The notes under the pieces were generated by a model. It did no database searches. It had not been told where the DNA came from and saw nothing but the letters and a program-made list of their open reading frames with translations. The position numbers and the translations under genes are program-made. This document shows, piece by piece, positions 61,866-64,000 of a stretch of DNA of 64,000 nucleotides; positions within the stretch are counted from its first letter, which is position 1; every line of letters begins with the position of its first letter. Origin of the DNA: Harriotta raleighana (Eukaryota); the NCBI GenBank assembly GCA_050575255.1, contig JBNZDD010013674.1, positions 5,026,161 through 5,090,160 on the forward strand, given 5' to 3'.

Positions 61866-64000
61866 ATAGTTCTAGATGCATTTTGCCCATTTCAAGGGGT
61901 TGTCTATAATGTGCTGACAAGCGTTTATATTACAATTCCGTTAATTTTGAACATTAAATATTACAATTTAGGAATCGGCAGAACATTTCTTTATCCTTAA
62001 TCCTGGTGAAGTTTAGCAAACTGTTTGAATCCAAAGCTACTGACGCCCAGGTTCGTTCAATTGTCCCCTTGACCTAAACTGATCGGAAGCCATTTTAGCT
62101 TTACATCATAAGACATCAATTGCACTGGGTCTTCAAATGATGAAGCAAGTTTAGTTACTGATGTTGGTGTTGGCTTGGAATTGAGCTTCTTGTCATCTAA
62201 GTAATGATGTTGTGGATGGGAAGGCCAAGAAAAGCAATGAAGTTAGAATCGTATTCTATCTTGGTATATTGGTGTATTTCCAACAGCCACTGAAATGAAT
62301 TTCATGAGACATGTTCTTATAATATTTGCCTACAGCAATTTACTGCTATAATCTAATGTTCAAATGATTTGTTCTGTACGGATTGTTGTTGACTTCAGTT
62401 GGTAGCTGTGACATAGAACTCCTATAAATGGATTCGATGAACACATGGACTTCTTTTCACTCAAATAAAGGACACAGAGTAAACGATACCTGCTCCCAAT
62501 AAACTAGATGGTATTTCCAATGCTGCAGATAAAATAATGGATTTGTAAATAATCTGATCTAGGGAATCAATCTCTTGATAATAAAACAGACATGGTTTAT
62601 GTTGGTATCTGATCTCTTTGTGAGATTGTTACTGGGGACACTTTTCATTTGCCTCAACTACACTGTGTGGAACCAGGTTACGCATCTACTGCCTCAGGAT
62701 GTAAGTGATAACACACAATTTTACTGTGATATTAACTATGGGTGAAGTACAATACTGTGAATTGTATTTTTCTACTTCCACTGAAAGGGAAATATAAAAA
62801 TGGCAAGAGGTTTCAGAAACTGATGGGGGTGGGGGCTGTCTAATGTGATATATCTTAATAGAATTACTTAACATCACACCTGAGTCACATGAATTGGAAA
62901 TACACATTTGCTCCATCTACCCATCCCCACCCTAGTACTTCATGTCGACTAGCAAGTAAATACAGTACTGTGCTCTGCTGTGACCTTTTTGTGATCTGTC
63001 TCACTTTTCTGCACGGGATACACACAGTACTCTTTGCTAGCTTACTACAGGCAATGATGTTACCTAGCACCTAACCATTTGCAGATGCAGTACATTGCCA
63101 CAAAATGATCAGTCACACAGTTTTTTTCCATTATTATTCCCTTAAATTTTACCTGCTAAATATAATGATTTAGGGATGGACAGCAGGTAAACCATAAGCA
63201 CATTTCAGATGTCACTATTGAATAGGGGTGATGAATATGTTAACACATTATGAATATTCATAATTTGAACGTCGCACTGACAGCTGGTATTCCCAATAGC
63301 TATTAATAGGGATAACAACATCTGTCGAGATGTTGAAGGTCACATGTTCTCAGGAATCTCTGTTTTTTAAATTAAGTGGTTGTTTTGCACTGGGTATTAG
63401 AGATGTGATGGGCTCACACTGTGCAAGGAACTGGAACATGGATTTGCACCTGCGACCACATCCACATGCTGAGTTTCCAAACTGTGCTGTGCTGCTGAGA
63501 GGCAGTTCAGAGTAGAAGCTGAACATCTCAAATGGGGGAAGAGAAGGAAAATTGGCACAAGACTGACCAATTTCATGCACCCCTAGAGATTGTTTTTGGA
63601 GTGGTGTGGGTTGAGATCTGTTGGCAGTCTGTCAGACTGCCTCTGAAGCCGGCAGTAATATTGGAGGGACAAAAAGGACTACTTGAGAATTTGGATTTAA
63701 AAGCCTGTATAACCTCACTTGTTTTCCCATGTTTTAGATAGTGAAAATAATTTGAAGTTGATCAATTTTAGCATTCCTTTAACCTTCTCAGACCCTTGTT
63801 ATAAAAGCTGGTAATAACACAGAAGAATTGGCATGAAGATTGAGTAATTTCCTTATTTTGTAGTGGGGGTGAAATAAATTAAGAGCAAAATTCAGCAAGC
63901 AGTCTTCAAACATCACACTCTGAATTTGAAAACTAATGGATGCATTAATGCATTAGCCTACTCATGTTTCTATGTCTATGTATCTATGTAACAACTGTAC

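Noticed and set aside
39759-64000. ppm1h exon 2 (expected to begin VINAGKS...NEDQA)
   Set aside because: Not seen by eye or in the ORF track. It probably lies beyond the window; TBLASTN would settle it.

Overview
Vertebrate genomic DNA. The repeat families and single-n scaffold joins suggest a cartilaginous fish, possibly a holocephalan such as elephant shark (inference). Two protein-coding genes lie on the + strand. The first is a complete two-exon vasotocin/vasopressin V1a-type GPCR (avpr1a; CDS 1072-2038 + 7902-8194, 419 aa, one phase-1 intron between TM6 and TM7). The second is coding exon 1 of the Rab phosphatase ppm1h (39523-39758), whose first intron appears to run past the window end. 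This AVPR1A-then-PPM1H order is the conserved gnathostome synteny. The rest is intronic or intergenic and dense with decayed mobile elements: L2 and CR1 LINE fragments, a tRNA-headed SINE family with Deu-type body and L2-like tail, older Deu-domain SINEs, a Tx1 LINE 3' end, hAT and Tc1/mariner-Tigger non-autonomous elements, and Penelope-like fragments. No prokaryote-type system (CRISPR, operon) is present, and I found no convincing new gene system. The best unusual signals are: (1) a Penelope-like insertion with an inverted pseudo-LTR and a CpG-decayed hammerhead ribozyme; (2) a probable fossil Harbinger/HARBI1-like transposase fragment; (3) a templated-insertion scar forming a perfect 23-bp hairpin inside a CR1; (4) V1b-like extracellular loops in an otherwise V1a receptor; (5) a candidate proximal acceptor that would give a receptor lacking TM7. 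Protein comparisons are from recalled sequences, not computed alignments, and repeat boundaries are approximate.
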